Below the pieces are notes generated by a model. That model saw only the letters and a list, made by a program, of their open reading frames with translations, was not told where the DNA came from and did no database searches. A DNA stretch of 50,239 nucleotides, from positions 1 to 50,239 of the forward strand of contig JBHJOF010000052.1 in the NCBI GenBank assembly GCA_050330055.1, read 5' to 3'. Position 1 is the stretch's first letter. The number at the start of each line of letters is the position of its first letter. The position numbers and the translations under genes are program-made. Positions 49,897 through 50,239 of this stretch are shown here, in pieces. Source of the stretch: Kiloniellales bacterium (GTDB lineage Bacteria > Pseudomonadota > Alphaproteobacteria > Kiloniellales > JAKSDN01).

Positions 49897-50239
49897 GTGA
49901 AGCGGGCAGAGCGCGAGTTCGACTACGTCATCGTCGGCGCCGGCTCGGCCGGCTGCACGCTGGCAAACCGGCTGAGCGAGGAGCGCGATTGCCGCGTGCT
50001 GCTGCTCGAGGCCGGCGGCTGGGACCGCGATCCCTGGATCCACATTCCGCTCGGCTGGGGCAAGATCCTGCAGGGCCGCCTGCACGACTGGATGTACTTC
50101 TGCGAGCCCGAGGCCAACGTCGACGGCCGCGCCGTCGAATGCGCACGCGGCAAGGTGATCGGCGGCTCGTCCTCGACCAACGCCATGGCCTACGTGCGCG
50201 GCAACCGGGAGGACTACAACGACTGGGCAGCGGCGGGCA
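49897..50239 (+). CDS. padh1: 4-pyridoxate dehydrogenase (GMC oxidoreductase), 5' part only, truncated by the window end
   Basis: Not in the ORF track. GTG 49897 reads (M)[83 protein letters not shown], matching the Mlr6792 N-terminus as recalled. Confidence 0.85.
   Translation, partial: MKRAEREFDYVIVGAGSAGCTLANRLSEERDCRVLLLEAGGWDRDPWIHIPLGWGKILQGRLHDWMYFCEPEANVDGRAVECARGKVIGGSSSTNAMAYVRGNREDYNDWAAAG

Overview
High-GC bacterial window that looks alphaproteobacterial (inferred from gene content and intergenic repeat types). It has four blocks. (1) A divergent torS/torT TMAO-sensing pair. (2) An accessory-looking islet: a decayed alcohol dehydrogenase remnant, a P-type ATPase, a baeRF/aeRF1-like gene and an mrpA(B)CDEFG Na+(K+)/H+ antiporter. 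(3) A polyol (erythritol-type) regulator, ABC transporter and eryA/dehydrogenase/eryB operon, followed by a LysR regulator and a fused four-domain ABC transporter. (4) An ~18.6-kb vitamin B6 degradation cluster (31641 to the window end). It carries recognisable homologues of all six upper-pathway enzymes of Mesorhizobium loti pathway I, plus a BMP-type ABC importer, a TRAP importer and a GntR regulator. The three canonical lower-pathway genes (HMPDC decarboxylase, flavoprotein MHPCO, AAMS amidohydrolase) are not in the window. Instead, the main operon begins with a gentisate/salicylate-1,2-dioxygenase-type cupin, an LVIVD beta-propeller, RidA and a GST. This is the best candidate for an undescribed system: a non-flavin, cupin-based ring-cleavage route for vitamin B6. 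Caveat: the window ends inside the cluster, so canonical genes could lie downstream. All homology calls come from motif and sequence recognition; no searches were run.
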